DNA from: Leucoraja ocellata
Lineage: Eukaryota
NCBI GenBank assembly: GCA_036785375.1
Contig: JAWMAR010000224.1
Span: forward strand, 1,488,001 to 1,552,000
Direction of reading: 5' to 3'
Length of the DNA stretch: 64,000 bases
A model generated the notes under the pieces. It had not been told where the DNA came from. It saw only the letters and a list, made by a program, of their open reading frames with translations, and did no database searches. The translations under genes were made by a program, and so were the position numbers. Below, piece after piece: positions 1 to 12,229 of the stretch (position 1 is the first letter of the stretch; each line of letters starts with the position of its first letter).

Positions 1-289
1 GGCTCAGCAGGTCAGCCAGAAAAGTAAATAGACTTGCAAACTTGACATGGTTTCCCTTTTAATGGGTGCTGCCAGAACCTGCTGAGTGTTTCCATAAAAT
101 GTTTTGTTCCCATTTCAGATTTTATGCATCTCCCAGCTTTGATTTTTGAACACCTGAAAGAAGTTTGGTCGTAATACTTTAAACATGCTGCATACCATCC
201 GGCACTCATTGAGAACCCCAGGCAGGTCAGGGTCAGATCAACAAAAACACTCCAAGCCTTTCCAATTCATGCACCTGATCCAGTGAATT

Positions 290-410
290 TAGAATGTTGC
301 CACTAAACTCGCCTCTACCACTTCCTCTTGTAGCTCACTCCACGCATGCACCAACCCCACTGTGAAAAAGCTGCCTCTCTCTCTGATCCTTTCTAAATCT
401 TTCCCCTATA
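290..410 (-). mobile_element. Old CR1 LINE 3' fragment
   Basis: Resembles the reverse complement of the CR1 ORF2 end seen in better copies here (gcctctaccacttcc...ctgtgaaaaag). Highly decayed. Confidence 0.45.
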
Positions 411-564
411 ACTTTATTGAGAGGCAAACGCCTCTTGTTTTAGGGATAACTTCGGGAGATGGATATAGATGGAGGGAGATAGAGTGGCAGGAGAGTGGGT
501 GAAATGGGCACACTCCAGGATCGAGGGGCGGGTAGGTTGAGTGGAACAGGTCTTGCCCCACCCC

Positions 565-850
565 TTCTCCTCATCTCGCTTTACCACCTTTTTCCCCTCC
601 ACTCCAACAATCTGAAGAAGAGTCCCGACCCAAAACGGCACCAGCCCATTTTCTCCAGAGATGCTGCCTGACCTGCTGAGTTACTCCAGCATTTTGATAG
701 ATTACCATTTATCTTTGGTATAAACCAGCATTTGCAATTCCCCTTTAATGATATGAAACGAGATCTGTTCATTTCCCTCCTCAGATGCTACCTGGCCCAT
801 TGAGTTCCTCCAGCAGGTTGCTTTTGCTCAAGATTCCAACATCTGTATTC
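565..850 (+). mobile_element. Penelope-derived terminal repeat unit(s) with degenerate hammerhead core
   Basis: tctgaagaagagtcccgacccaaaacgg...ctccagagatgctgcctgacctgctgagttactccagc, followed by a second partial unit. Same motif as the 3' end of the element at 28.5 kb. Confidence 0.7.
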
Positions 851-854
851 TTTT

Positions 855-1095
855 ACTGAGATACAGCATGGAAAGAGGTCCTTCTGCCCACCGAGTCCGC
901 ACCAACCAGCGATCACCCCGTACACTACCACTATCCTACACACTGGGGACAATTTGCAATTTGCAGAAGCCAATTAACCTACAAACCCGTGCATCTTTGG
1001 GCTGTGGGAGGAAACCGGAGAAGGCCCACGTGGTCACAGGGAGAACATACAAACTCCATACAGGCAGCACCCGCAGTCAAGTCTCTAGCGCTGTG
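855..1095 (-). mobile_element. HE1/V-SINE-like SINE (partial)
   Basis: Shared body ccaattaacctacaaacc...gggagaacatacaaactccatacaggcagcacc and CR1-like tail gagatacagcatggaaa. Confidence 0.8.
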
Positions 1096-2231
1096 ATTCT
1101 CTGCATCTGTATTCTCGTGCCATGAGACTGACAAAGCTGGTGAGCAACCAGCATCTAAAGTCACACCAATGGCAATCTACCTTAACAATGAAATGACCAG
1201 TTGGAATCATAGAACAACTTTCTCCAAATGGAAGTTGAACAGGAAATTACATTACAAATTTGAGGTAGTGGCAGGGGGGGTGTAAGGGGCAGGTGCATGC
1301 TGGCAAGAATGTTGAGATTATAGAGGCACTATATTAGATTTTATGTATGGAGCAGACAGGAGGACACAAACAGGGAACAATTTAACATTACCTGAAGCAA
1401 AACTGAGTATCTGAGCTAACACTGTGTGACTAATACAGATTCTTATTAATCCAGAACAGCAAAGTTGCCAATGGCCTTATTTACATTATGCATTTCTGTC
1501 TCTAAGTATTATAGGAGAATTTCTGATCGTGGATAACTCTGCTTTTCATTAATCAAATTAATCTCAAGACAAGATGCCATCAAATTATAGGTTTTCTGAA
1601 TGAATTGATAATCCACTATTTATAAAGATAACTTTCTGTTCCAAAAACAGACTCTTATTTTGAACAAGGATCCAAAACAGACATTCAAAAGCCACCATTT
1701 CTTTGATCGGTTCAATGTAGTTAATTTATAGAGTAGAAACAGCTCATAATTAACCACCAACAATTCTAACAAGTGGTTCTTCAGAATTCTTAACAGATTT
1801 TTTCTGAAGCTGCTCTTTTGTCATTTATTATTGAATCAATCAATGATAGCTATATTATAGTAATAAAGCATGCATTTGAGATGAGGCTTCATTAAAAAAA
1901 CATTGACGGAAGCTATTTGGGATATACCAGTGAGACGTTCCCATTATAGCCGCAGGAGCAGATGACAGAATTACAACCTCACAGCAGGTTTCACTGATTG
2001 TCCTTGACAACTAATAGATTTGGTCAGAATAATCTTTTTGCAATGTTTATCATATCACATTGCCAGCTAAGTCGTACCATTGGTGATCATAGTAGCTTTC
2101 AAAGTCAACGGTTCAATGGTTCCATATTGTCACAAACGCACCGCACAGTCAAACTCATGCACACTTCGCCATTTTTTGCCGCCATTTAGAAAAGAAAAGG
2201 TCCAAAGTCCAGTCCAATCTCATCTACTAAT

Positions 2232-2712
2232 TCCGCTGTTACAGGTGCCAACTTCTCTACATCGGCGAGCCCAAGCACAGGCTCGGCGATCGTATCGCTG
2301 AACACCTCCGCTCAGTCCGTCTTAACCAAGCTGATTTCCCGGTATCTCAGCACTTCAACTCCCCCTCCCATTCCCAATCTGACCTTTCTGTCCGGGGCCT
2401 TCTCCATTGTCAGAGTGAGGCCCAGCGCAAATTGGAGGAACAACACCTCATATTTCGTTTGGGTAGTTTACACCCCAGCGGTATGAATATTGACTTCTTT
2501 AACATAATTCAGGTAGCCCTTGCTCTCTCTCATTAGTTCCCCCCACCTTCCCAATTCCCCACTAGTCCCACTGTCTCCGCCTACATTCTTTCTTTGTCCT
2601 GACCCCTCCCCTTACAAGTCTGAAGAAGGGTCTCGACCCGAAACGTCGCCCACTCCTTCTCTCCATAGACGCTGCCTCACCCGCTGAGTTTCTCCAGCAT
2701 TTTGTGTCTATC
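2232..2712 (+). mobile_element. Penelope-like element 3' part: GIY-YIG endonuclease end, 3' UTR, hammerhead-like motif
   Basis: Translates as RC..CQLLYIGEPKHRLGDRIAEHLRSVRLNQADFPVSQHFNSPSH...LEEQHLIFRLGSLHPSGMNIDF. Followed by the CTGAAGA...GAAACGTC motif at 2620-2647. Confidence 0.85.
2620..2647 (+). ncRNA. Minimal type I hammerhead-ribozyme-like motif
   Basis: CTGAAGA-A-GGGTC-TC-GACCC-GAAA-C-GTC. Core boxes intact, stem II present, stem III reduced to the palindrome ACGT, stem I only about 2 bp. Confidence 0.6.
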
Positions 2713-3164
2713 ATTATTACAAATGATATATCTTACAGAGAAGAATTATTTTATTGTTTTATCTTGAGCAAAAATCAAACTGCCAGAGGAACGCAGTGGG
2801 ACGGGCAGCATCTGTGGAGGGAAATGGACAGGCAGCACTGTGGATCAGGACCCTTCTTCAGAACTGCTTTAACTCTTTAATAGGGGAAAGCCAAGGGGTT
2901 CCTCCAACAGTTTATCTCTATGTGAAATTCCTATCTGTTAAGATGGGGTCAAGGAAAGAGCGTTCACGTTGCGGCCCCGTTTTCACCAATCTTTCCACCA
3001 CCACACACAAGAAGCACGAGAAGCGTAAGACAAGACAGACACCATTACATGCAGATGCCGAAACGTGTGTTCAGCTCTGGCTGAACAATTTGTAATCTTG
3101 TGTATGGACTCAAAGAAGAAGAAGCTCTGTTAAGATCCCTCAACAGGGAAGATACTGAGTTTTT

Positions 3165-3465
3165 TCTGGTGAAGAAATCTAAAATTAGACATCAATGTTA
3201 AGGAAAAGAGTTACTATTCACGTGACGATGGGAGAGGAGATTTCTTCTCTTGGAAGTTAGTGAATCTTTGGAATTCCCCACCCTAGAGCACCGCAGAGTC
3301 ATTAGATGTAGTCAATTCTGAGAGAGAAAGATATTTAACTGTGGGGAACAAATGGTAATGGGAGACATGTATAAAAGCACGGCTGAAGCTAAGGTGAAAT
3401 CAGCCGCAATCTTACTGAATGGAAGAGCAGGTTCAAGGGACCAACTGATCTAAACCTCCTCTTCC
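3165..3465 (+). mobile_element. Old CR1 LINE 3' end
   Basis: gtgaatctttggaattcc...cagccgcaatcttactgaatggaagagcaggttcaagggaccaa matches the CR1 3' UTR pattern of younger copies in the window. Confidence 0.65.
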
Positions 3466-4034
3466 TTCTGTAGCAAGGCAAGTAAATGTTGCCTCGTAAG
3501 ACCAAAAACCTCCGTTTATTCTTTCAGTGAGCTGACCGAAAGATCAACAGCTACGTTGTGGCCTAAACATGGAGCTGGGAGGGAGGGAGAAAGCAAATGT
3601 AACGTTGGAGTGGGTATTGCTCAATGAGCTTGGCAAGGGTGGAAGATTGCAACCTTCACGTGGTCCGCCCTGTTTTGACGAATGCAATCAGCAATCAAAT
3701 AAGATCAAATAGAAGAAGTTGTCCAACAACTTTAGGCTGTGCACGCCATACGCAAGAAGAAGAGAAGAATGGGCTTGGAAAAGATTATCAGCAGTTGTGT
3801 AGCGTGAATTACTGTAGCGGCCCAAGAAATCAGTTAGTACACAAGTGCATTTATAGTGCAATGGGGGCTTTTCCGTCATATATATCTGCCTATCATTCTT
3901 CCCATTCGCAATAATCTCTGGAGTTCCTACTTACACCTGCAACATATGACAAAGATTAATGTTATGGACTGGGAAGCATAAAATGATTAGCCACCTGTAT
4001 GAGGTTATTCCTGTATGAGCCTGTAAAACAGGTC

Positions 4035-4125
4035 TATCCGAAGGGCCCTGACCTGAAATGTCACCCATCCTTTTTCTCCATAGATGCTGCCCAACCCGCT
4101 GAGTAACCCCAGGACTTTTCCCCTA
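4035..4125 (+). mobile_element. Decayed Penelope-derived terminal unit
   Basis: gaagggccctgacctgaaatgtcacccatcc...gatgctgcccaacccgctgagtaacccc. Confidence 0.6.
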
Positions 4126-5084
4126 CCTGTACTCTGTCCTGAAGCAGGATGATGATCCAAAACTATCCTTTTTACCTCCAGAGATAAGGTTAGAATTTCT
4201 CCAGAGAGTTTGCTTTAAGGCACCAGCAGCTTAATTGGCTGACCAGCTGGCAAACTGACATGGAAGGGGGAGTTATAGAGAATTTATACAAATAGTGAAA
4301 CCACAACTACCTGCACACTCCATTAAATACAAAACTAAACAAGTTTCCACAAGGAAATGCCAAAAATGTGAATCGGCACAGAGACGTTATTCTGAGTTTG
4401 CAATGGCATTTTCCTACAATCTACCCAATTCAGAGGCCGTGTGCTCCACTGCCCAGCCAATAGCTATTTTTTCCTGGCAAGAAGGCCTTCAGTTAGACAT
4501 CTGGACTATTTGCTTTCGTCACTCAAAGCTGTGTATTAGATTTTGCTTTATTTGAACGACTTCAGGTGCGACCAACAACATCATCTCCAAACAATCAAAC
4601 GATTTAGAATTTTTCTTAAACATTCTGGCCAAAATGGAAGGCTTGTTTTTGTTGTTCATTCGATCATGCCATGCAGCAGAATATAAGCTACTTATTTCAA
4701 TTTATAAAGTTATTACTGAGATTTCTGATTTGTGGCAGTCATGGAAAAATAAATGGAATCTCAGAATATAATCCCCAAAGTACTTGTAAAAATCCCAGGA
4801 AAACCCAAGTAATAAAAAAAGCACTATGATTAGTTCAGTAGCCATAAACCATGGCACTCATTATAAATGAAATGCAAACCTCTCACTGCTGATAAAAATT
4901 ATATATCCACGTTTAATAAAGATGATATTCAAAGAATTCAGTCATCAGAAAATAATGTCACTGATTTTGAGCAACAAATAAGTTAATCAGAAGAGACGTC
5001 AGAGGCTGAGGTCACCACATTCAAGCCTGAAGTCCAACAACATTGTTTGTCAGATTTAGTTCCAAACTATATATTTTCTCTCTA

Positions 5085-5398
5085 TGGGGTGGGGGGGAGA
5101 TAGTTGGGGTGGGAGGGAGGAGGGTAGTTGGGGTGGGGGGGGTATTTGGGGGGGGGGGGGGTAGTTGGGGTGGGGGGGTATTTGGGGGGGGGGGGGTAGT
5201 TGGGGTGGGGGGGGTAGTTGGGGGGGTAGTTGGGGTGGGGGGGGGTAGTTGGGGGGGGTAGTTGGGGTGGGGGGGGGGGTAGTTGGGGTGGGTGGGTGGG
5301 TAGTTGGGGGGGGGGTAGTTGGGGGGGGTAGTTGGGGTGGGGGGGGCAGTTGGGGTGGGGGTGGGTAGTTGGGGTGGGGGGAGGGTTGGGGAGGGTAT
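5085..5398 (+). repeat. G-rich minisatellite, units like TAGTTGGGGTGGGGG(G)n; G-quadruplex-prone
   Basis: Directly visible recurring tagttgggg(t)gggg units. Source of the spurious Pro-rich and Gly-rich ORFs. Confidence 0.95.
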
Positions 5399-5696
5399 TG
5401 GCATGATCCATGGCAATGGAAAGTTTTATCCAAAATTATTACAACAAAGGCACAGCGAGGTTTTCCAACATTAGAGCAAAGTTAGCACTTAAAAGGTTGA
5501 AAATCCTTTAAAAAATTCTTTAGATATATACATGTGTTTCTTGAACGTTGGATGTTACAACTATCTATGCCTCCGGAGAAAGTGAGGCAAAACGCTTGAA
5601 TTAGTTTCATTGTGATTGAAAAAGCACATACCAGTGGGAAATTATTAATGTTTCCAATACGACCATGCACTATTAAATGATATTACAATTAAAATG

Positions 5697-6048
5697 TAGT
5701 TTAGTTTAGAGACACATTGTGGAAATAGGCCCTTCGGCCCACCAAGTCCGTGCTGACCAACGATTATCTATGCACTTGTTCTATCCTGTGCACTAGGGAC
5801 AATTTAGAGGTCAATTAAAGGTATACTAACATTGTCCTGCACACTCGGGACAATTTACAACTTTTTCGCAAAACCAATTAACCTATAAACCTGTACGTCT
5901 TTGGAGTGTGGGAGGAAACCGGATATAAAGTGCACGCGGCCATGGGGAGAATGTTCAAACTCCGTACAGACAGCACCAGTAGTCAGGATTGAACCCAGGT
6001 CTCTGGAGTTGCTGTAAGGCAACTCCACTGTTACGCCACTGAGCCACA
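5697..6048 (-). mobile_element. HE1/V-SINE-like SINE with internal duplication
   Basis: (TAGTT)n tail, ggcccttcggccc, duplicated cactagggacaattta segment, tRNA-like head with B-box (gggttcaatcc on the minus strand). Confidence 0.85.
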
Positions 6049-6179
6049 CTACATTTCAAATGTTAAATGTTAAGAAAGTGTTTCCCAATTATTTGGAATG
6101 TATCCTCAGTGGAATAGTGGAGCCATAAGGATGAAGAAGATGGCAGGTTGATATAAAATATATAGGAGGCAGAGATTAG

Positions 6180-6712
6180 AGGGCCTGCCCCCCCTTAGGT
6201 TATTTTTAGGCGACTGTCAGAGTCGCAGCGGGTCGCCGAAAAAACGGCAGCTTGACCCCACTTCGACAAAAAATTTGAAATGTCTTTTTATGATGATTCT
6301 ATGTCACCTGGCGACAAGTTACGTTAGTCTGAAGAAGGGTTTCGGCCCGAAACGTCGCCTATTTTCTTCGCTCCATAGATGCTGCTGCACCCGCTGAGTT
6401 TCTCCAGCAATTTTGTGTACCTTCGATCTTCCAGCATCTGCAGTTCCTTCTTGGACAAGTTACGTTAACCTGGTGACAACTACGACAGCACCTACGTCAG
6501 GAGAAGTCAAGCTACGCTTATTGGTGTCAAACCCACTGTCGCCGACTGTCTCCGAAAATTTTTCAACATGTTGAAAATCCAGCGGTGACCAGAAAGGCGC
6601 TACGACTCTTTGGCCGACTGAGGAGACTTCTCACGACCATACAGGTGACACCCCGGCGACCATGTGGCGACTGCCTAGTCACCTAAAAATTAGCCTAAGT
6701 GGGACAGGCTGT
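6180..6712. mobile_element. PIF/Harbinger-type MITE
   Basis: TIRs agggcctgccccccctta... / ...cctaagtgggacaggctgt, flanked by TAG/TAA (decayed TWA TSD). No coding capacity. Confidence 0.75.
6327..6453 (+). mobile_element. 127-bp hammerhead-bearing Penelope-derived insertion with 14-bp TSD
   Basis: Direct repeat gacaagttacgtta at 6313-6326 and 6454-6467. Insert begins gtCTGAAGAAGGGT-TTCG-GCCCGAAACGTC. Confidence 0.9.
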
Positions 6713-6920
6713 TAACTGATATTTGCACTGGAGTTGAATCAAGGGGCATGGGCTGACAACACAGTGAAGTGCGTGGAGTCCAAGACAGGATCAGCCATGA
6801 TCTTGTTGAACAGTGAGAGAGAGACAAGGGCCATTGACCCACTCCTCCTGCCTTGTATCAACTTGCCTATTGCATTTTGAATTTCCAGAACTATAGGTCC
6901 ATTTATGAAGCTGACTATTA

Positions 6921-7489
6921 AGAGCCTATCCCACTTTGCGATTTTATGGGCGACGACGGGCGTCAATGACTGACACCCGATGTTGCCTAAAAACCGTCAA
7001 GTGGTACGACACAGCCGCGTCCAGGTACGACACTCAGCATCACCACGTGTCACCAATTTCCACGCGTCACCATGCGTCGCCATAGGGCAGTATGCGACAG
7101 CATACGACAGCAAAGAACAGCACCTGTGACGTCACAGCTATCAATCCACCCGCGACACGATACGGCAAGACACGACAGGTTGCATCATCTGGGGCAGCAT
7201 CGCGACGCATCATGATGCATCGTTGTCGCATAGTGACGCAATGGCGACGCACGATGACATTATTACAATAAATTAGCATGGGTAATGACCGTACATCACC
7301 ATGCGTCACTCGTACGTCATCGTGCAAAAGGGCGCACAAAATGATAAGACCCGCAGATGTCGCGCGAAGATTTTGAACATTCCAAAATCCTGGGGCGGCA
7401 GGGAGACAACGCGGGTCACGACCCAACCAAGACTCGACAACCTCTTTTCACGCTGTCGCATAAAATGTCGCCCAAGTGGGACAGGCCCA
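6921..7489. mobile_element. PIF/Harbinger-type MITE
   Basis: TIRs agagcctatcccactt / aagtgggacaggccca, TTA TSD on both sides, CpG-rich interior. Confidence 0.85.
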
Positions 7490-7579
7490 TTAGATGTTTA
7501 AAATAAAGTTTTTCTCACAGTGGATGTTATTGTATCTTATTGCAAGGGCATTAAATCCATATCTCATAATAAAGTAAAA

Positions 7580-7780
7580 AAAAGTGCTGGAGTAACTCTG
7601 TGGGTCTGTCAGCATCTCTGGAGAACATCGACGATGTGTCAGGTTGGGACCCTTCCTCAGACTGATGTCCCGACCCAAAGTGTCACATCCATGTTTACTG
7701 GAGACGCTGCTTGGCTCACTGAGTTACTCCAGCACCTTGTGTCTTTTTATTAAAATGGGCATCTGCAGTTCCTCATGTCT
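7580..7780. mobile_element. Palindromic (inverted) Penelope-derived terminal unit
   Basis: gtgctggagtaactc...cagcatctctggag...cagac followed by ...ggagacgctgc...gagttactccagcac. Confidence 0.7.
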
Positions 7781-8185
7781 TTATATCAAAGGAACCTATT
7801 TGAGATGCGTCAGATGCTAAATATATATGCATAATATTATGATATTATGTTCTATTAGACTGGTGACGACATAATCAGAGGATTCAATGTAATTCATTGG
7901 TTTTGCTTTATGAACTTGCTAAGAAAACATGCTTAAATATTAGCATTTAATATCCATTGTTTATTCTCCCTGAACCGAGCAGCCAGTGGAGAGGCATCTT
8001 CCAGTGAGCTCACAGTCATAGGTGCGCCTAATCAGGCAAGGATAGTGGATTTATAAATCCTATGAAAATAGCAATTACTGCACTGTCATTCAACATGATC
8101 ATAGCTGGGCATCCAAATTCCACATGTAGAAAGGAACTGGAGATGCTGGTTTTACACCGAAGATAGGCACAAAAAGCTGGAGTAA

Positions 8186-8780
8186 ATGGCCTGTCCCACT
8201 TGGCCGTCATTTACGAGACAAGCCTGTAGTGACAGACGCGCCCGGACAGCCGTCTGGAGCGCGTGACGTCATTCGAGATAGACACAAAATGCTGGAGTAA
8301 CTCAGCGGGACCAGCAGCATATCTGGAGAGAAGGAATGGATGATGTTTCGGGTCGAGATTCTTCTTCAGTATGAAGACCCGAAACGTCACCTATTGCTTC
8401 TCTCCAGAGATGCTGCCGGTCCCGCTGAGTTACTCCTGCATTTTGTGTCTATCTCCAATCGTCGTGGCCCCGCTCTGGGAGTAGGAGTGAGGGCGGATTC
8501 AGATCCGCAACGGCCGTGAGCCCCAGGCCGAGCTCGGCGATCGTTTGCCTGCTTCTGCTGCTGTTGGAGGCGAGACGTTGCGCCGTGCCAGGGTGTACCA
8601 TTTGGCCGTCATTTACGCGACAGGCCGGTGGCGTGCGAAGATTTCGTACAGAACAAAATCCTAGAGCGCTGCGCTATACCCCGCGCAACTCCACACTCCT
8701 CCACACCACTCCATGTGCCCATCCCATGCTACCAGGTCGCGTAAATGGCACGCAAATGACGGACAAGTGGGACAGGCCCT
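8186..8780. mobile_element. PIF/Harbinger-type MITE
   Basis: TIRs atggcctgtcccacttggccgtcattt / aaatgacggacaagtgggacaggccct, TAA TSD. Confidence 0.9.
8275..8455. mobile_element. About 180-bp palindromic Penelope-derived unit nested in the MITE
   Basis: gagatagacacaaaatgctggagtaactcagcgggacc ... ggtcccgctgagttactcctgcattttgtgtctatctc. Confidence 0.85.
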
Positions 8781-9597
8781 TAACTCAGCGGTTCAGGCAG
8801 CATCTCTGGAAAATAGGAATGGGTGACAAGACACAAAATGCCACCTACTCCCTTCTCTCCAGAGAGGCTGCCTGACCCGCTGAGTTACTCCAGCACTCTG
8901 CGAAACGTCACCTATTCCTTCTCTCCAGAGATGCTGCCGGACCCGCTGATCTACTATATCCAAAATTCCACATCTTGTTCCAGCTTTTACCCCCCATATC
9001 CCTCAAGGGTATCCCCAAAGGACATAGTGACCCAGATGAGTTTTCAACAATGCTTGCTTGTTCCATTGCCAGTGTTCCCGAGACTAAGACAAAAATAGAT
9101 AAGAGAGATGTGAGAAAAACAATGAAACCCTTTGAAACCACAGCCAGTGAGTAGCATTTCTTGTTTTTCTTCAGCCACCATATTGGCACGAGATATCAAA
9201 CCGCCTGTGCATTTTTACATTCTTATTTAATAAACAATACGTTTTCGACCTTTCACCTCATTACCCGGTGTGAAATGCTTACGTTACCACTGGAGACTAA
9301 ACTCAAGGGAGGCTTCATTAACAATTGAGCACCATCTTCACAATGCGAAAAAGGAAAGGGCGATGTAAATACAAATGCATTCATTTACACAAAAGACAAA
9401 CGACAAAATATAGCAACACATTAGAGGGCAACATGATCCTCGGTAACAAGTTATAGTGTGAAAGTATTGGTTTAGATAGCTTAAAAGTTGGCTTCATAAA
9501 TTCCAATAGCAAGTATTTAGTTGATATCTGAAGCTCCGGCCAATAGTTATGATTTATTAAATCATAATCTATGCTTGAAACGGATGTTTTTGTAGGT

Positions 9598-10330
9598 CTG
9601 TGTAGAAGGAACTGCAGAAGCTGGTCTAAACTGAAGATAAACACAAAAATGTTGGAGTAACTCAGTGAGTCAGACAGCATCAGACTGGAGAAAAGGAATA
9701 GGTGATGGTTCGGGTCGAGACTCTTCTTCAGAATCTGAGGAATGGTCTTAACCTGAAGCGGCGCCTATTCCGTTTCTCCAGACCTGCGAGCTGACACGTT
9801 GAGTTACTCCAGCTCCCAGTCCCAATATTGACTCAAAACATTTTATTGGTTTTTATCAAGACAACATACATTAGATAGAACGCAGAATGCTGGAGTAACT
9901 CAGTGGTCAGACAGCACCTATACAGTACGTGGTTAGGTGCCATTTTTGGGTCGTGACCTTTTCCAGTCTGAAAAGGAATCCCAACCTAAAACATCACCTA
10001 TCCACATCCTCCAGAGATGCTGCCTGACCCGCTGAGTTACTCTGGCTGCTAGCAACGTGTGTTCTAGGCAAGATTCCAGCATCTGCAGTCTAGTAGGTCT
10101 AGTATGTCAATATATATTAGATGTGTGGGAAGGAACTGCAGATGCTGGTTTAAACCAAGATAATACACACAAAGCTGGGTTAACTCAGTGGGGCAGGCAG
10201 CATCTCTGGAGAGAAGGAATGGGTGACGTTTCGGGTCGAGACCCTTCTTCAGACTCTGAAGGGTCCCGCCCGAAACGTCGCCTATCCTTCTCTCCAGAGA
10301 TGCTGCCTGTTCCACTAAGTTACTCCAGCT
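9598..10330. mobile_element. Cluster of three palindromic Penelope-derived units
   Basis: Units at about 9598-9815, 9880-10090 and 10122-10330. Each is a minus-strand copy joined to a plus-strand copy at the hammerhead-like core. Confidence 0.8.
10225..10252 (-). ncRNA. Minimal hammerhead-ribozyme-like motif
   Basis: Reverse complement reads CTGAAGAAGGGTCTCGACCCGAAACGTC. Confidence 0.6.
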
Positions 10331-11074
10331 TAATATATATTAGATGCCTGTTATACGTTTTAAAAATTCACATTGTTTGAAGAATCCAGCTTGTAACTAC
10401 AATGTGGAAACAGACGATACACATATGTACTAAATGAATGCACTAAATAAACCTTGCACTGAACAAATAAACCTCTAAAATAGCTTCATCTTTTGCTGAA
10501 TTTCAAATATATAAACAAAACCCTCATCTTGCATTTACTGTTGGCTGCTGCAGCTATAAACATCTTCCACAAAAACCACCAGGTTTCCCCAACAATGCTG
10601 GAGACACTCAGCTGATCGTGGTGCAGAAGTAGAGATCTGTACTCCAGATTGGAGGCATTTCAGTTCTGCTTTTAATACAAGAAAACGATTTGTGATCCAA
10701 CATATAAATTAACAAGTGTCTGGAGCAAATCCCTTGCATTGCTGCAGCTATTTCCCTGTGGCCCAAGAGATACTGTAGAAAGGTCACAGATGCAGCAGGG
10801 AGCAGCATTGCGAGCTGCAGCAAGCAGCAAGCAGCATAGGTCAAGCTACAGTTCTTGGTTGCAGAGAAGAAAATGGAGCAACCATTGTCAGGGGTCATTG
10901 AGTTAGAAAGATTTGGAGAAAACTGCGGAGCGCAGAACGAGATTCAGCAGCGAAAAACCGGCTCCTCGGCCCACCAAGCCCACGCCGACCATCAACCGCC
11001 CAATTTATAGTATCAATCTAAGATTAATCTCATTTTTATTTTCCCCTTTTCCACCCATTGCCCGCAAATATACT

Positions 11075-11372
11075 TCAGAGTTTAGAGATACAGCGCGGAA
11101 ACAAGCCCTTCAAGCCCAACGAGTCTGCACCGACCAGCGACCCACCCCCCTCACACTAACACTATCCTGCACACTAGGAACAATTTACAATTTTACCGAA
11201 GCCAATTAACTGCAAACCTGTCTTTGGAGTGTGGGGAGAAAACCGAAGCACCCGGAGAAAACCCACAAGGTCACAGGGAGATCGTACAAATGCCATACAG
11301 ACAGCACCCATAGTCAGGATCGAACCCGGGTCTCTGGCACTGTAAGCAGCAACTCTACTGCTACACCACTAT
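11075..11372 (-). mobile_element. HE1/V-SINE-like SINE
   Basis: Tail gtttagagatacagcgcggaaac, conserved body, B-box ggatcgaacccggg. A further partial tail lies at about 10905-11060. Confidence 0.85.
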
Positions 11373-11399
11373 GTTACTGGTCGGGGTCCCATAACAGCA

Positions 11400-11560
11400 C
11401 CTAATTAACCTACCAATATGCACGCCGTTGGGATGCGAGAGAAAACTGGAGCACCCGAGGGAAACTTGCGGTCTCAGGGTGAACGTGCAAACTCCACACA
11501 GGCAGCACCTAGCGTCGGGATTGAACCCGGGTCTCTGGTGCTGCGAGGCAGCAACTCACT
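11400..11560 (-). mobile_element. Older HE1-like SINE fragment
   Basis: ctaattaacctacc...gaacgtgcaaactccacacaggcagcacc...ttgaacccgggtctctgg. Confidence 0.7.
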
Positions 11561-11734
11561 GTACAAGCGTAATTGATCAGATGTCCTTTCCTTTTCCCCT
11601 CACACGCAAGGAGGCCATTCTGGCCATCATGCAATGTTCGCCCCCAGGGGAGAAATCTCATTGCTCCAATACTCTGTCTACTGATTTCACCTTTACTGCT
11701 GTAACTCATTCTCTGTCATACATGCCCAACACCA

Positions 11735-11965
11735 TGTAGAACTGCTGCCTCAAAGCACCAGAGACCAAGGTTCAATCTTGACCTCGGGTGCTGCCTGTGT
11801 GACGTTTACTCCGGTTTCCTCCCACATCACAAAGACATGCGGATTTGTACGTTAATTGCCCCTAGTATGTAGGGAGTGGATGAGAAAGTGGTTAACATAG
11901 AACTCATGTGAATGAGTGATCAATGGGCCAAAGAGCCGGTTTCCAGGCTGTGTCTTTCTATCAAT
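11735..11965 (+). mobile_element. HE1-like SINE (internally deleted)
   Basis: gaactgctgcctc..caccagagaccaaggttcaatc...ggtttcctcccaca...gtttccaggctgtgtct. Confidence 0.75.
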
Positions 11966-12229
11966 AAATCGTGAAAACACCTCTTTTTACCATTGATCTT
12001 CACCGAGGTCATTCACCAGTGACCAGTTAATAACCAGCAAACCTTTGGATGTAAGAATAAACGGTGCCCCTGGACCTGTGAGGTCAGCAGCACTACCAGC
12101 TGCAACACCATGCTACCCCGAACATGGTCCTTCCTAGTTTGTGATTCTGTAGATGCTGCAGTTCTGAGGCACTGGGTCTACTGCAACGTTTTGTCCCCGA
12201 GCTATCAGTATCAGTACTGCCTCCAACTG

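Larger units (their letters stand above)
8123..8950. mobile_element. Penelope-derived unit(s) interrupted by a Harbinger MITE
   Basis: gctggagTAA|MITE|TAActcagcgg restores the consensus gctggagtaactcagcgg. Tandem plus-strand units follow at 8840-8950. Confidence 0.8.

Noticed and set aside
5021-5433. Pro-rich or Gly-rich ORFs (extensin-like)
   Set aside because: Open in several frames on both strands because of the G-rich minisatellite.
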